Shown in pieces: positions 43,091 through 64,000 of a DNA stretch of 64,000 nucleotides (its first letter is position 1; each line of letters opens with the position of its first letter). Both the position numbers and the translations under genes were made by a program. The notes below the pieces were generated by a model, which searched no databases, was not told where the DNA came from, and was given only the letters and a program-made list of their open reading frames with translations. The stretch comes from the human T2T-CHM13v2.0 reference genome, Homo sapiens. The stretch lies in the NCBI RefSeq assembly GCF_009914755.1, contig NC_060930.1. One strand, given 5' to 3'.

Positions 43091-43675
43091 AGAAATCAGT
43101 CTTGTTAAATGTAAAGATAGAATTATTGATTTAGTCCAGAGAGGAATTTTTCAGACTTGAACTTTATGAAATCCACAGAAGAGGTTGTTGGGAGTGATGA
43201 TATCCAAACTTTATATTGAGAATTATATAAAATTTAATACTGTAATCATAATAGACAATACTTTATTGTGTGCTACTTGCCCCTGATTGTGTGCTAACAA
43301 TTCTATAAGTTTATTTCATCTTATAGTTACTTAAATAGAAACACAGGAAAGAGAGGAGCTTACCTGGTGTCAGGTAGCCAGTCAGTGGAGTCAGGGAGGT
43401 AGGTCTTCCTAACCATGATATCTAAAGCATGTCTCAACAGGAACCCTCCCTCTCTGGAACTTGGCCTTGTTCTATATCCTTAATTTAAAACTCATTTATT
43501 GATTTATTTACGTATTTACTTTTGTCTCAGTGATACTATTTTGTAAGTCACACAAGAGCAGAACAGTGCTTAGTATCTAATAGGTTCTCAGTAAAATTTT
43601 ATTAAGTGAAAGAGCATTTAATAGTTCTTTATATGATCCTTAAAGTATTATATAATACACATGGGTTATATCCAT

Positions 43676-44089
<414 letters not shown>

Positions 44090-44714
44090 ACTCATGATTT
44101 TGTATTATTTTCTTTCAAATAGAGAAAAAGAAACGGATGAGAGAAAAGAAGAGACCCAAGGACCTAGTATAAACTTTGAATTCAAAGCTAGATTTATTTT
44201 TCCTGAAAGCCCATTCACTTCCCTCCATTTATGCCAATAATCTCTCCCAGGAAACATCCTTGGAGCTATGCTAGTAAAATATAGTAATAACAATTGAGGA
44301 GGATGAAACCAAAAGTTTAATCATCAATTAAAACATGTAAATAACTGGAAGGAACTGATATATTTTTGAAAAGTGTCATTTTTGTCTTGGTATTAGATCA
44401 GTCTTGTTCCTTTGGACTGCCAAACCAGTGATTGACACCATCCTGTGATTTATGCCTCTCAGCTGTGCTTCTGAGACACCAATCATGCAAAAACCACAAA
44501 ACCCACATTTCTCATGCACACAGGTTGTGACCAGTTATTTGAATCAAATGACAGATTTATATTTAGTGGATTGCTCCTTATGCATTTCATACAGTTTGCC
44601 TGATATAGAATAAAAGGTGAAAAGTGTTGTATATATTTTTTATTACCTTTTCTTTAAACTTTAACTTCTTGACCTTTATTTTCTAGGAGAAGAAATAATT
44701 ATTTAATATAATAA

Positions 44715-44930
44715 AGTGGCAATTTTCTCCCAGCCCCGCCACAAAAATAGGACATTTGGCAGTGTCTGGAGACATTTTTGGTTGTCAAAACTAAAGGAAA
44801 TGCTACTGGCATCTAGTGGGTAGAGGCCAGGGATGCTGCTAAGCATCCTACAACGCACAGGACAGTCCATCTAACAAAGAATTATCTGTCTCAAATGTCA
44901 GTAGTGCCGAGATTGAGAAATCTTGATATA
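44715..44930. mobile_element. MER20
   Basis: ggacatttggcagtgtctggagacatttttggttgtca...tgctactggcatctagtgggtagaggccagggatgctgct. Confidence 0.9.
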
Positions 44931-46618
44931 TTACAGTGATTCTGAATCCATCTTCTATTTTGTCACCTTCTCAACTTTCATATATAGAAATTTGGAAGTT
45001 CTTTTTATTAGTACATTAGAAAATAAAGCATAAAATGAGTCTGGATTCTGATTTTTCTCCTGCTGTTTATTTTCTTCCTGTTTCTTAACTGATTTTGGAC
45101 ATAGAATTCAATTCTATGTAACTTCAATTTCTGTATTTAGAACACAGATTATTATTTTTCAAGTTTGTGCTATGATTGCTGAATTATATTTTAAAAAACC
45201 CTTACAATCATTTATATCTTGTTGAGAAAGAATGATACAAAGTGGATGGAAAGGGTTATTATATGGTAATACCTATTCAGCATTCAATGAATAAACTCTT
45301 TGATTAGTGAAAACTTAGTTTGAGAAATTTATAGCATTGAGGACGTATAGATGTTATTTATTTTTACCTGAAGATTTTTGAAGTAATATTCAAGCTGTAT
45401 TAAAATATGGAACATTTAGTGTGATTCTATAGTCTCGTTTAAATGGCATTCAAAGAGAGATTAAAAATAAAAACATGAATAAACAACCTAATTAAAAAAT
45501 GGGCAAAAGATTGGAATAAACACCTCACCAAAGAATATATAGGGATGTCAAACAATCATTTGCAAAGATACTCAACATCATATGCCCAAAGGGATTGCAA
45601 GTGAAAACAATAAGATACAACTACACACTTATTAGAATGGACAAAATTCGAAACACCGACAGCATCAAATGCTGGTGAGGACGTAGAACAGGAACCCTCA
45701 TTCATTACTGGTGGAAATGCAAAATGGTGTGATCACTTTGGAAGACAGTGCAGCAGTTTCTTATAAAACAAAACATACCCTTATCATATGATCCAGCAAT
45801 AATGCTCCATGATATTTATCCAAATAAGTCAAACATTTACATGTATGTATTAACTAGTACATGAATGTTTATAGCAGCCTTATTCATAATTACCAAAACT
45901 TGGAAGCATCCAACATGTCCTTTGGTAAATGAATGGATGAATAAACTATGGTACATTCAGACAATAGAAAACGATACAGAGCTAATAAGAAATGAGCTAT
46001 CAGGCTAGAGAAAAACATGAAGGAATCTTAAATGTGTATTACTAAGTGAAAGAAGCCAATATGAGAAGGCTGCATGCTATATGTCTACCTATATGACATT
46101 CAGGAATAGGCAAATCAATGAAGACAGTAAAAAGATCAGTGTTTTTCAGAGGTTAGGGAGCGGGAGGAATGAACAGGTAGAGCACAGAAGATTGGGCAGT
46201 GAGCTGCCATGTAGAATATTATAATGGCAGATATGTGTTATTATGCAGTTGATCCTTGAACAACATGGGTTTGAAATGCACAGATCCACTTATATAGGAA
46301 CTATTTTTTCAATAAATATATTGAAAACATTTTGGAGTTTTGTGACAATGTGAAAAAAACTCACAGGGGAACTGTGTAGCCTCAAATAAAACAATTAAGA
46401 AAACATTATTTTATGAATGTTTAAAATATATATGTAGATACCACTCTATTTTATGATTTACAATCATTAAATATACACAAACATATTATAAAAAGTTAAA
46501 ATTTATCAAAACGTATGCATACAAACACTTATAGACCATACATGGTGTCATTCTAAGAGATAACAGAAGTAAAGATGCAGTATTAAATTATAACTGCATA
46601 AAATTAACTGTAATTATT

Positions 46619-52818
<6,200 letters not shown>

Positions 52819-53303
52819 AAAAAAAATGTTTAATGAGGAAATTCATCTAAAAAAATATGAAACTGCCACAGACAGTAAGAGAGCGATGGGGCCATGAGGC
52901 TGGAAATGGGTCAGGGGAAGACTACAGAAGAAAGAATCAACTACATTAAGTAAACATGGAGAAGATCAGAGAGGTCCAGGGGCAAGAGAAATGGAACCAT
53001 GATCCTGGTAAGGATAAGGATAAGGCATTGAGGGCCAGACAACAAAATTCAAAATAGTTTGGCTGTAAAATATAAACACACTATGTTTCTAGTGTGCAGA
53101 AGGAGAGGAGGAAGGGGATATAAGGGAGAAGGAGAGGCTGTTTTAGAAGATATGGGGGTCCTATTCTGTCCTTCTGTGTACCCTATCCCTATCCCAACCC
53201 TTTCCTTCTGTGCCTGTGTGGGTGCATGTGTCTGTGTGGTCCTGTGTGTACACTTCCCCAGTTCCCTCCCTTCCCTGACCCTCCCCAAATCCCTTCCTTT
53301 CAC
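52819..53303 (-). pseudogene. mRNA 3'UTR end, probably U2AF2
   Basis: The minus strand ends ...CTGTGGCAGTTTCATATT...CTCATTAAACATTT (ATTAAA at 52829-52834). It resembles my recollection of the U2AF2 terminal UTR (GCCAAACTATTTTGAATTTTGTTGTC) and needs BLAST confirmation. Confidence 0.65.
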
Positions 53304-53787
<484 letters not shown>

Positions 53788-53790
<3 letters not shown>

Positions 53791-55706
53791 TTATTCCTGT
53801 TCTCTGATGATATGATCTTATAACTAGAAAAATCTAAAGACCCCACCACAAAACTCTTAGATTTGATAAATGAATTCAGTCAATATCAGAATATAAAATC
53901 AATGTACAAAAATCATTAGCATTTCTGTACACTAATAATGATCTAGCTGACAACCAAATGAAGAAACTAATCCCATTTAGAATAGCTACAAAAAATTAAA
54001 ATAACTATAAATATATTTAACCAAGGAGGTGAATCTCTACAAGGAAAACTGCAAAACACTGATGAGAGAAATTGTAGTTGACAGAGAAAAATGAAAAAAC
54101 ATTCCATGCTCAGGGATTAGAAGAATAAAAATCATAAAAATGACCATGCTCCCCAAAGTAATCTATGGATTCAATGCAATTCCTAGCAAAATATCAATGT
54201 CATTTTCCACAGAATTAGAAAAAACTATTCTAAAATTCATACGGAATCAGAAAAAAAAAAAAGCTGGAGACCTCACACTGCCTAAGTTCAAATTATACCA
54301 TAAGGCTATAGTAATCAAAACAGCATGATACTATAACAACAGACTCATAGATCAATGGAATAGAATAGAGAATCCAGCAATAAAGCCACACATTTACAGC
54401 CAACTGATCTTTCACAAAGCCAACAAAAACATACACTGGGGAAAGGACACGTTTTTCAATAAAGTGCTGGGAAAGAAAAATTGAATCACCATATGCAAAA
54501 GAATGAAACTAGACCCACATTTCTCACCATATATACAAGAATCGACTCAAGGTGGATTACATATTTAATTGTAAGACATGGAACTATGAAAATACTAGAA
54601 GGACACTAAGAATAAACTCTAGTAAACATTGGTCTAAGCAAATAATTTATTACTAAGACCTCAAAAGCACAGGCAAAAGAACAAAAATAGACAAATGGGA
54701 GTTAATTAAATGACAAAGCGTCTGCACAACAAAAGAAATAATCAACAGAGTAAACAGAATCTGCGAATAAAATAAAATATTTGCAAACTATGCATCTGAC
54801 AAGGGACTAATATCCAGACTTTAAAAGGAACTCAAGAACAGCAACAAAAACCAAATAATCCCATTAAAAATGGAGAAATGACATGAATAGACATTTTTAA
54901 AAAGAAGACAAAGAAATAGCCAACAGGCATACTCAGAAAACTAATCATCAGAGAAATGCAAATTGAAACCACAATGAGGCCTCAACTTATATCAGTGAGA
55001 ATGGCTATCAATAAAAAGACAAAAAGTAAAAGATATTGGCAAGGATGTGGAGAGTAGGAAACTCATATGTCATTGTTGGGAATGTAAACTGATACAACCT
55101 CTATGGAAAAATCTATAAAGATTTCTCAACTAAAAATAGAACTACCATAGCCAGCATAGATAGCCAGCAATCTTACTACTGGCTATATCCCCAAAGGAAA
55201 ATAAATCCTTATATCAAAAATACATCTTAATCTGTATGTTTATTATAGTGCTATTCACAATTGCAAAGATATGGATTCAGCCTAAGTGTCTATCAACATA
55301 TGATTAGATTAAGAAAATGTTATATATACATATATACATATACATATGTATATGTATACATGTATAGATCATGAATATGCATGTGATTTATATGTATATA
55401 TACATATAGATACACACCTATATACATATATACACAGATATATATATATATCATATATTCTCACTCATAAGTGAGATTAAATAATGTGTATACATGGATG
55501 TAGAGTGTGGAGTGACAGATAATAGAGACTCCGAAGGATGAGGGAGAGGAGAGAGAGTGGATGATGAGTAATTACTAAATGGGCATAATGTACATTAATC
55601 AAGTGATGGATATACTAAAAACCCTGACTTCACCACTACACAATGTATGCATGTAACAAAATTACACTTGTATCCCCAAGTTTATACTAAATAAATAAAT
55701 AAAAAT
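53788..55706 (+). mobile_element. 5'-truncated L1PB4-like element with a (TA)-rich insert
   Basis: Starts at the RT (F)xDDM motif. The 3'UTR reads ggatgatgag...ccctgacttcaccact...catgtaacaaaattacacttgta, followed by an A-rich tail. Confidence 0.85.
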
Positions 55707-55710
55707 TTGG

Positions 55711-56007
55711 GGCCAGTCACAATAACTTACACCTGTAATCCCAGCACTTTAGGAGGCTGAGGCAGGTGGATCGCTGGAGCACAGGAGTTTGAGACCAGCT
55801 TGGGCAACACGATGAAATCCTGTGTCTACTAAAAATACAAAAAATTAGCTGGACATGATGGTACGCATGCAGTCCTAGCTATTCGAGAGGCTGAAGTGGG
55901 AAAATCACCTGAGCCTAGGAAGTTAATGCTGCAGAGAACTGTGATCACTCCAGTCCACTCCAGCCTGGTCAACGGGAGTGAGACCCAGTGTAAAAAAAAA
56001 AAAAAAA
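55711..56007 (+). mobile_element. AluJ
   Basis: GGATCGCTGGAGCACAGGAG and CTGAGCCTAGGAAGT J-type features, polyA. Confidence 0.88.
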
Positions 56008-58944
56008 TTACCTACCGACTATTGCTATTTTGGTGAGCTCAAGTGTTGAGAGAATCCACTTAAAAATAATGTTTGTCACTAATCGTCTTTGCTTGGGCAG
56101 TTCGTGTCTCCAGTAAACTGTGTATTGTAGTAAAAAGTACCTTCTAGTCATTCTCATGTGTTTTTCATCATGTTTAGTGCAATACTGTAAACTTTGACCA
56201 GCACCATGGGACCCATAGAAAGTGCCAGTAGTAATGCTGGAAGTGCTCTCAAGAAGCAAAGCCATGACATTACAATAAACAGTTGAATTGCTTGATACAT
56301 ACTGTAGATTGAGGTCTGTGACTGCGTTTGCCCACCATTTCAAGATAAATGAGTCCAGCTTAAGGGCCATTGTAAAAAAAAAGAAAAGAAAATTTGCTGC
56401 ACTGTGCCATAGGCATAAAAACCTTGCACTTTTTGCAAAATACCTTTTTATCTCATATTCAAAATGCAGCTATTATGTGGGTGCAGGAAAGAAAGGCATA
56501 CCTGGAGACCCTGATATGATATGAAAAATGAAGTCATTGTATGGCAACTTAAAGCAAAAGAAAGGTGAAGGATCTAAAGTTGGAGAATTGAATGCCAGTG
56601 AAGGATGGTTTGATAATTTTAGAAAAAGGCAGCTTTAAAAATGTTAAGACAAAAGAAGCAGCAGCTTCTTCTGACTAAGAGGCAGCAGAGTTTTCAGACA
56701 CCATTAAGAAAATCATGGAGGAGAAAGGATATCTGCCTGAACAGGTTTTTAATAAAGACAACATTGCCCTATTCTGGAAAAATAAATGCCAAGAAGGACA
56801 TTTATTACTAAGGAAGGGAAGTGAACACCAGGATTTAAGACAGTCTGGGATAGGCTAAGTCTACTCTTTTAAACAAATGCATTTGTGTTTATAATCAGGA
56901 CTACTCTTATCTATAAAGCTACTAAATCATGAGCCTCAGAGGGAAAAGATAAACACCATCCTCAAGTCCTTTGGTTGTACCTTGAAAAGGCCTGGACAAT
57001 GAGAACCCTTTTTATGGATTGATTCTCTCCCAGAAGTCAGAAAGTACCTTGCCAGTAAGAGGCTGCTTGTTAAAGTTCTTTTGATATTGGACAATGCCCC
57101 TGACCATTAAGAACCACATGAGCTTAATACCGAAGTCATCGAAGTGGTCTACTTGCTCCCAAATGTGTCTAATTTAGCCTCTAGATCAGGGAGTCATAAG
57201 GATCTCTGAAGCTCATTACACATGGTCCTCTATGGAAAGGATTGCCACTGCTATAGAGGAGAACCCTGAGAGAGAGAATATAATGAAATTTTGAAAGGAT
57301 ACACCTTTGAAGTTGCCATTGTTGTTGTAGAAAAATCCATAAAGGCCATCAAGCCCCAAACAATAAACTCCTGCTGGGAAAAACTGTGTCCAGATGTTGT
57401 GCATGACTTAACAGGATTTATAACAGAGCCAATAAAGGAAATTGTGAAAGAGATTGTGAAGACAGCAAAAGAGGTTGGGGGACGGGGTGAAGAGTTTCAA
57501 GATATGAATCTTGGAGAAAATCAAGAGTGAACAGACATCACACCAGAAAAATAAACAGATGATGCCCTGATAGAGATGAATACTTCCAAACCAGTGCAGA
57601 TGATGTGAAAGAAGATGTAAAAAAAGAAGCAGCACTATAAAACAAATTGACATTAGACAATCTAGCAGAAGGGTTCTGATTATTCAAAACTGCCTTTGAT
57701 GTCTTTTACAGCACAGACCCTTCTATGACACTGGCACTAAATCTAAAGCAAATGGTAAAAGGGTTGGTGCCATGCAGAAACATTTTTAGAAAAATGTCAG
57801 AGAGAAATTATATGTTTTCATAAAGTGACACCATGTACCTGCCTCTACTGCCTCCCCTTTCACCTCCTCCACATCTTCTACCCCTGCACCTCCTTTGTCC
57901 TCTGCCTTCTCCTCAGCCTACTCAATGTGGAGGCAATGAGGATGAAGATCTTTATGATGAACCACTTTCACTAAATGAATAGTAACTGTATTTTCTCTTT
58001 CTTATAACTTTCCTCAATAATATTTTATTTTCCCTAGCTTACTTTATTGTAAGAATACAGCATATAATACATATAGTATTCAAAATATAGGTTGACTGTT
58101 CATATTATTGGTAAGGTTTTGGGTCAACAGTAGACTATTAGTAGTTAGGTTTTTGAGGAGTCAAAAGTTACACGTGGATTCTTCACTGTGCAGGGGCCCC
58201 ATACCCCTAACGCATTGTTGTTCAAGGGTCAACTGTATATTTGGCAAACTCATGGAATGTACAGCACTATGGACTTTGGGTGCTGATGGGCTAATGTAGG
58301 GTTATTGGTGATAACAAATATACCACTCTGGTGCAGGATGTTGATAGCAGGGGAGGCTGTGCATGTGTGGGAGTATAGGGTATGGGGGAACTCTGTGCTT
58401 CCTACTTGATTTTTCTGTAAACCTAAAACTGCTCTAAAAAATAAAATCTATTTTATTAAAAAAGAGCAAAACATAGAGATCATTAAGGACAAGAGAAAAT
58501 CATATTAATTGAAAGAAATTGAGACTGTTGAAAGAGGAGGGAATCTAGAATTTGGAAACTCTAGCACAACAAAATGCCAGCTAGACAGGTCTTCATCTTC
58601 CAGGTGATATATAAGCACTAAGTGACCATAGTGCCCAGCAGGCTCTGACACTGGCTAAAGGGTTTTCAACCTGATCCTTTGAAGAATTTTCTACTGTTTA
58701 ATAGGTCTGTATCTCCAAATTTATAAGTGAAATCAATGAGTAAATTCTACATGTGTGTGTATATAATTTTAAAATTGATTTAAAAAAATTGTATAAAATC
58801 AGATAAATTCAATGTATTAGTTCTTACATTTATTAAATGATAAAAATCCACACATATTTTATGTTTTTATAATTGAACTATTATTATTTCCTCACATATG
58901 GATTCACCATGATAAAAATGACTAGATATATATTTTTGGAAAAG

Positions 58945-59103
58945 CAGTGGTTCTTACACATGGAGGGCTTTTTCAGACAGATTGCTGGGCCCCATCCCCA
59001 GAGTTTCTGATTCAGTAGGTCTAAGGGTGGGACCTAACAAGTTGCATTTCTAATAACATGTTGCTGAAATTACTGGTGCAAGATCTCACTTCAAACACTA
59101 CTG
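58945..59103. mobile_element. MER5A
   Basis: cagtggttct...cagattgctgggccccatccccagagtttctgattcagtaggtct. Confidence 0.85.
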
Positions 59104-59470
59104 ACATGTAATTTTAGTGTTGAATAAAGTGATTTCTCATTCATGAGTTATTTAGTCTTTGTCACAACCCTGATCAATGCACATTATTATTCTCATTTTA
59201 TACAAGTAGACTCTGAGCCTCAGAGGGTTAAACAGATTTCCCAAGATCACTCAAATGATGTGTCAAAAAGAACAAGAGGGAAGTCTTTTTTGTACCTACA
59301 GTTTTCTGGTATCCTTCCTTTGATATCTAGGGTTATCTCTAATATGGCATTTGATTGTACTTTATTTCAGAAGGCGGAGTTTTGGTCTACATATTATTTC
59401 CTCCATTATTTACAGCAAGTGCTATATTTATGCCTGAGTCGGCATTTTTACTACTTTTTCACTCATGTGT

Positions 59471-59894
59471 AAAACATTGTCTGTGAATGGAATAAAAGCC
59501 TTTATAATAATAGAATATAAATTTCAGAGAGGGTGTGGGTAAAATTTTTATTACTTGTTTTAGACACAGCGGCACTTGGCCCTGTGTCATATGTTCAATT
59601 ATTACTAAGCTCTCTTTATAACTATGAACTTGAATGTCAGAGGTTGAAGCAAAAGAAATTTGGAGAATGAAAGTGAATTAACATTTATTCAGGACCTACC
59701 TGAGCTAGATACTTTATTAAGCCTATTCTCTCACTTTTAATAAGGACAGAGGGAAATTAGAATAGAGGAAGATATGAATATGCAGGTAAAATTAAAATAT
59801 TATTTGTGACAAACTAAACAAATTTTAAGTTTCAATATATAAAATATTGTCTATGAATGGAATAAAAGCCTTTACAAAAATAGATCCAAATTTC
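59471..59894 (+). repeat. ~55-bp direct repeat pair (59471-59525, 59841-59894)
   Basis: aaaa(c/t)attgtct(g/a)tgaatggaataaaagccttta...ataga...aaatttc occurs twice. Confidence 0.85.
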
Positions 59895-62179
59895 TAATAT
59901 ACTATAATTCTGATTCAAATTAAATACTGATGGATCCACACTTTCTGCAATATCACTTTGCAAAGCAAAATTATGCCAGTTGACTCCTGTCTTCAGAGTT
60001 TGAGAGTTCTATTTCTTCAAGTCTATAGTTTTAAAATTTTAAAATTATATGTATATTCATATTTATTTCCAGGCACTCTGCCTACTTTTGTTCTGGTCTT
60101 TCCATGTTTTCTTCTTTTTCTTTTTCCCTCCTTCACTGCTTGAGTCCAACACAAACGATTCCCTTTCAACGCACGGTTCTGCTCATTATTTAAGACGGAA
60201 ATATGGCTAAAAAGGCATTTTTCTCATGCTATTTCTAGGATACCTCAAATTCAGCCTTGCTTCTAGTCCAATTCTTATGGAAAACCCAACCAACAGCTTC
60301 TGGAAAACCTAACCAGCATCTCCAGCAAAACAAGTTTATATTCCGTGGCCCATTTACCATCTACTCCAGTGAAAAACAAATTGGTTGGACTGTATTGCCA
60401 TTATAAGACTATTGTAGCAGCAAATTTTATGGAATAACTCAACCGTAATTACAAAGAAAAACCAACATAGCAATAAAGCAATTTTAAAGAGTATTTCTTA
60501 TTTAGCCCAAATTTTCTATTCTCGGAAAATGGTCATCCTAAACCCAAGAAGGGTCAGCACTGGCAGGAGACAAGCAACAGACTGCTGATGTGTTTCTTAA
60601 AAAGTCACGGTCTTCACAGGAAGACTTGACTCTAGGCTGTAAAAATGTATTCTCAAATTTTACAAGAAAAAAAGTCTCTCCAGAGTGGTGAGAATGTAGA
60701 ATATGTTCTCACAAGATGGATCTTCCAGGAGTATAAATGGGTGATTGCCCTTTATATGCAAGGTTGCCACTTGTCTTAGGCAGGCTTGTAGTTTACATAT
60801 AGACACTGGAAACACAGAGCTCACTATTAAAACAAGAACTTTAGTCTACAAATAGCATAACTTCACCCCCATTTGGTCTGGTGGGGCAGTGAGTGTGTTG
60901 GCACCTTTTTCTTTCATCATTGGCTCATCCGAAGTTCATGACTAATTGCTTAAAAAAATGCAATCACATTTTTAATGTATTTAACTAATTTTCTTCTTTA
61001 TTATTCTGATAACCTTTTATTAAATGCCTTTTTTGTGTACAGTTGGCATTATAAAAAAATTTTCATCATGATACCATTGAAGCTTATGGTTGAAATTTCC
61101 TGGTCTATGTTAGCTTTAAAATAAACTCACACTGCCTTCTCAATGAAATAGCTTTTTTTTGGTTTTGACTTGGCATTCATCATATATTCATGGTTTTCAT
61201 ATCCATTTTTTTAAATTTTTGCCTTTTAAAAAGTTTAGCACAGAATTAACTATGCTGAGATGTAAGGATGTGTTTGTTCTAGCAGTATGAAAAATACAAC
61301 TAGACCTGTCTTTTAAAAGGAATACCAGTCTCAGATATTTCTTTATAGCAATGCAAAAACAAACTATTGTGAGTCAGTCGTGGAATTGCTGGATTGTCTG
61401 GCTTTGAATTCCTAGTTAGCCTCAGTTGCTTATTTTTTAAAAAATGGGATTATATAAATTGCTATTCAAAGCATCATTTTGAATATTAAATGTGAAAATA
61501 TTTGTTTTGAGCAAGCCCTCAACAAAGAATAACTCCTTCGTATACAAGTTACTTGGTTCAGTGGTGGTATTGTTTTAATTTATATTTTAAAATTCTATGG
61601 CAATCAGAACCACTCTAGTATTGCCCTATTTTTCTCTTTATTTCTTTATTTCTCCAGACTTCTGATGTATTTCTGTCATGATGCAATTTGACAAGTAATT
61701 AATTTGTTGATGCCTAGGGAGGAAGGCAGTTTCCGAGCCCTCCCAGGACACATGGGTCTTCGGCAGAATTGGTCCCCACTTTGCTTTAAAGGGACAATAA
61801 AGGGAAAGCTGGGTCTTCAAAATCAGGTATGAAAATGTTAGGAGATGGATTAGTTTTGGTTCATGCATGTTAGTATGTAAGTGACATTGCCTATCCTCTC
61901 AGGGCATAGGATCCACCTATATAGAAATAATTGAGCAGTCCACCCAGTTTGTTGACCTAGCTAGACTTTGAGAACAGGACTGAATTTTGTCCAATTTAGG
62001 GGACAATGAGATTGCAGGCCATGAGAAAATTTCAGGGTACAAAAATGTTAAGGGAACTTTGCCATTAATCTGAGTCAATGTCCCATAAATGTATGGGCAA
62101 TGTATTAGGAGGACAAAAGGGCAGTGTGGTGATTGGAAAAGTGGAAAGAATGTGTGCCCCTGTTTTTTTCCTCAGACCT

Positions 62180-63050
62180 CTTTGACTCTGCTGGCCCATC
62201 TCCTGTAGAGTCCTGTTCCTCTCCCAGAACATTAAACATGGGGATTTCCAGGGTTCCTTCCTTACACCACTGCTCTTCTCACTAAACACACTCTGGAATG
62301 ATCTCATTTACTCTCAGAATCTTCATTACCACCTATATCTCCCTTTCAGATATTTCCCCTGACAAACACATTCTTCATTCCAACTGCTGGTTGTATTATT
62401 TCTGTCAATGAGTTTCATGGGCTGTTCAGTCTCAGTGCATGTCACATTAAAATCTTCATGGTACCAACTCAGCAAACTCCCATCTCTGTAGATTCTGTGT
62501 TATCACTGTGCATCTATTTCTCAACTTAGAATTATCTGTGGCTCCCTCCTCCCCTTCAGCTTCCACATCCATTAGGACCTGACAATTTTACTTTTTATTT
62601 CTTGAATCTTTGCCTTCTAGTATATGTCCAACTTCCATGCATTATCCTTTTTTTTTTTTCAGTAGCCTTCTAACTAGATCCATTCTCCACACAGCCACCA
62701 GAATGGTGGATCTGAAATGTAAATCTTATTATGTTTCTCTCAGCCATAAGGTAAAGTTCAAATCCTTAGGGTGACACAAAAAGCCTTCCATGATTTGCTA
62801 CTGACTGAACACTCATGGTCCATCCTGGGTGCTCCAGTTTTATGCAGCAGCTTCTGGGCCTCTGCACATAGCAAACTACTTTTCTGTATTGTTTTTTGTT
62901 GTTGTTATCTCCTTGGACTTTTGTGCCATTTCTTACCTCTCCACCTACCTAAATCCTACAGCTTTTTAAAATCTTAGTTGAGATGATCACTTCCCCCAGG
63001 AGCCTTCATTGTATTGATTTGCCATTTAAGTTCTGTTATCATTTGTCATT
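62180..63050. mobile_element. L2 fragment(s)
   Basis: tccattctccacacagccaccagaatg...aaggtaaagttcaaatcctt...gccttccatgat. Confidence 0.6.
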
Positions 63051-64000
63051 CATTTGGGTTCTTCAGAAGCAATCTATCGGAGGAGAATTCATGGAAAATT
63101 GTTAAGAAGCATTCCCTGGAAAAACCAACTGAGAAATGAGGAAGCTGGACTAATAGGGAAAAGGAAGCAGACAGATAAAAGTGTGTTATCAAGCAAAATT
63201 CTACAGACGGTAACTTTGGCTCAGTCTCACAGGGAAGCTCTGAAAAGAAAAAAGTGTAGGTCACACCTCAGAGTTGTCTTGATTGGCATGAAGGAGATGA
63301 AGTAGTTATAGTTCTGCTCCCTGCAGTTATTGTTAAGGGCTACCCTCCAGTACAATGTAAATTCTCAGCCATTTGTGTAAACAGGCAAATGTGTACTGGC
63401 TTGTGTGAGTGAAAGCACATTTCACAAGAGTTGCACAATAATGGTAAAGAGGTCAAGGGAGTAAGACTGGAGCATCTGTTCCTGGATTCAATTCTTGATG
63501 GTTCCATAATATTGCCATATCAAAAAAGTGAGGCTTATTTGGCTTGTCACAGCCTGGGAACACATACTGCAAAAGGGACTGTGGGGTATTTCAATAAGAG
63601 AGGATGGGAAGGGGCTTTTTATAGGGTTCAGGCTTGTGCTGAATGGGTCTCAGGAGGGCTTAGGGAAGTGGTCATCAGGTTTCTATTGATGCTGTTGAGG
63701 AGCAACAGCAGTTCAGCAATTGGATACCTCAATGATCTTTGTTTGAGAGGCAAAAGAATGCAGTAGGGCTGAGATGTCATTGGTGGGAAAGCAACAGTTG
63801 ACTCAGAAGATGTAGGTATAAAATGACTAACATTTGTGGACTTGGAGCTATAATGAAAACATTGTTTTCTATTGACCTTGCTCAGGTATAATTGAAAACA
63901 TTCTATTAGGAGAAGCACAGTTTAATTATCAGCAATGTTTATTTTCACTTTCTTATCAATCATCACCATCATGAGTTAGTCCATAAATCCTACTATACAG

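Noticed and set aside
56008-57900. Possible domesticated Tigger transposase (TIGD-like)
   Set aside because: Many stops and frameshifts, so it is a decayed Tigger2.
63430-63920. Possible old LTR and small ORFs near the window end
   Set aside because: LTR-like in places, but family, termini and TSD could not be established.

Overview
Human genomic DNA (it carries human-specific AluYa5-type insertions), AT-rich and dominated by repeats. No intact host protein-coding gene is recognisable, so it is intergenic or deep intronic. Main contents: (1) a minus-strand HERV-H that is not a provirus but an L1-made retrocopy of its genomic RNA (R-U5...U3-R-polyA, 16-bp TSD) with an AluYa5 in pro. (2) A nest at 45.5-58.5 kb: L1MC > near full-length Tigger2 > full-length L1PA2/3, plus a ~3.3-kb compound insert made of a U2AF2 coding fragment, a probable U2AF2 3'UTR, a half Alu, a PTTG1 3' end and an oppositely oriented L1PB4. 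(3) A 3'-truncated RPSA retrocopy. (4) A probable second polyadenylated ERV1 retrocopy at 4.7-6.3 kb. (5) Local duplications, a pre-miRNA-sized hairpin and a few candidate exons. Repeat subfamily names come from remembered consensus sequences, not from a search. Boundaries of old repeats are approximate.
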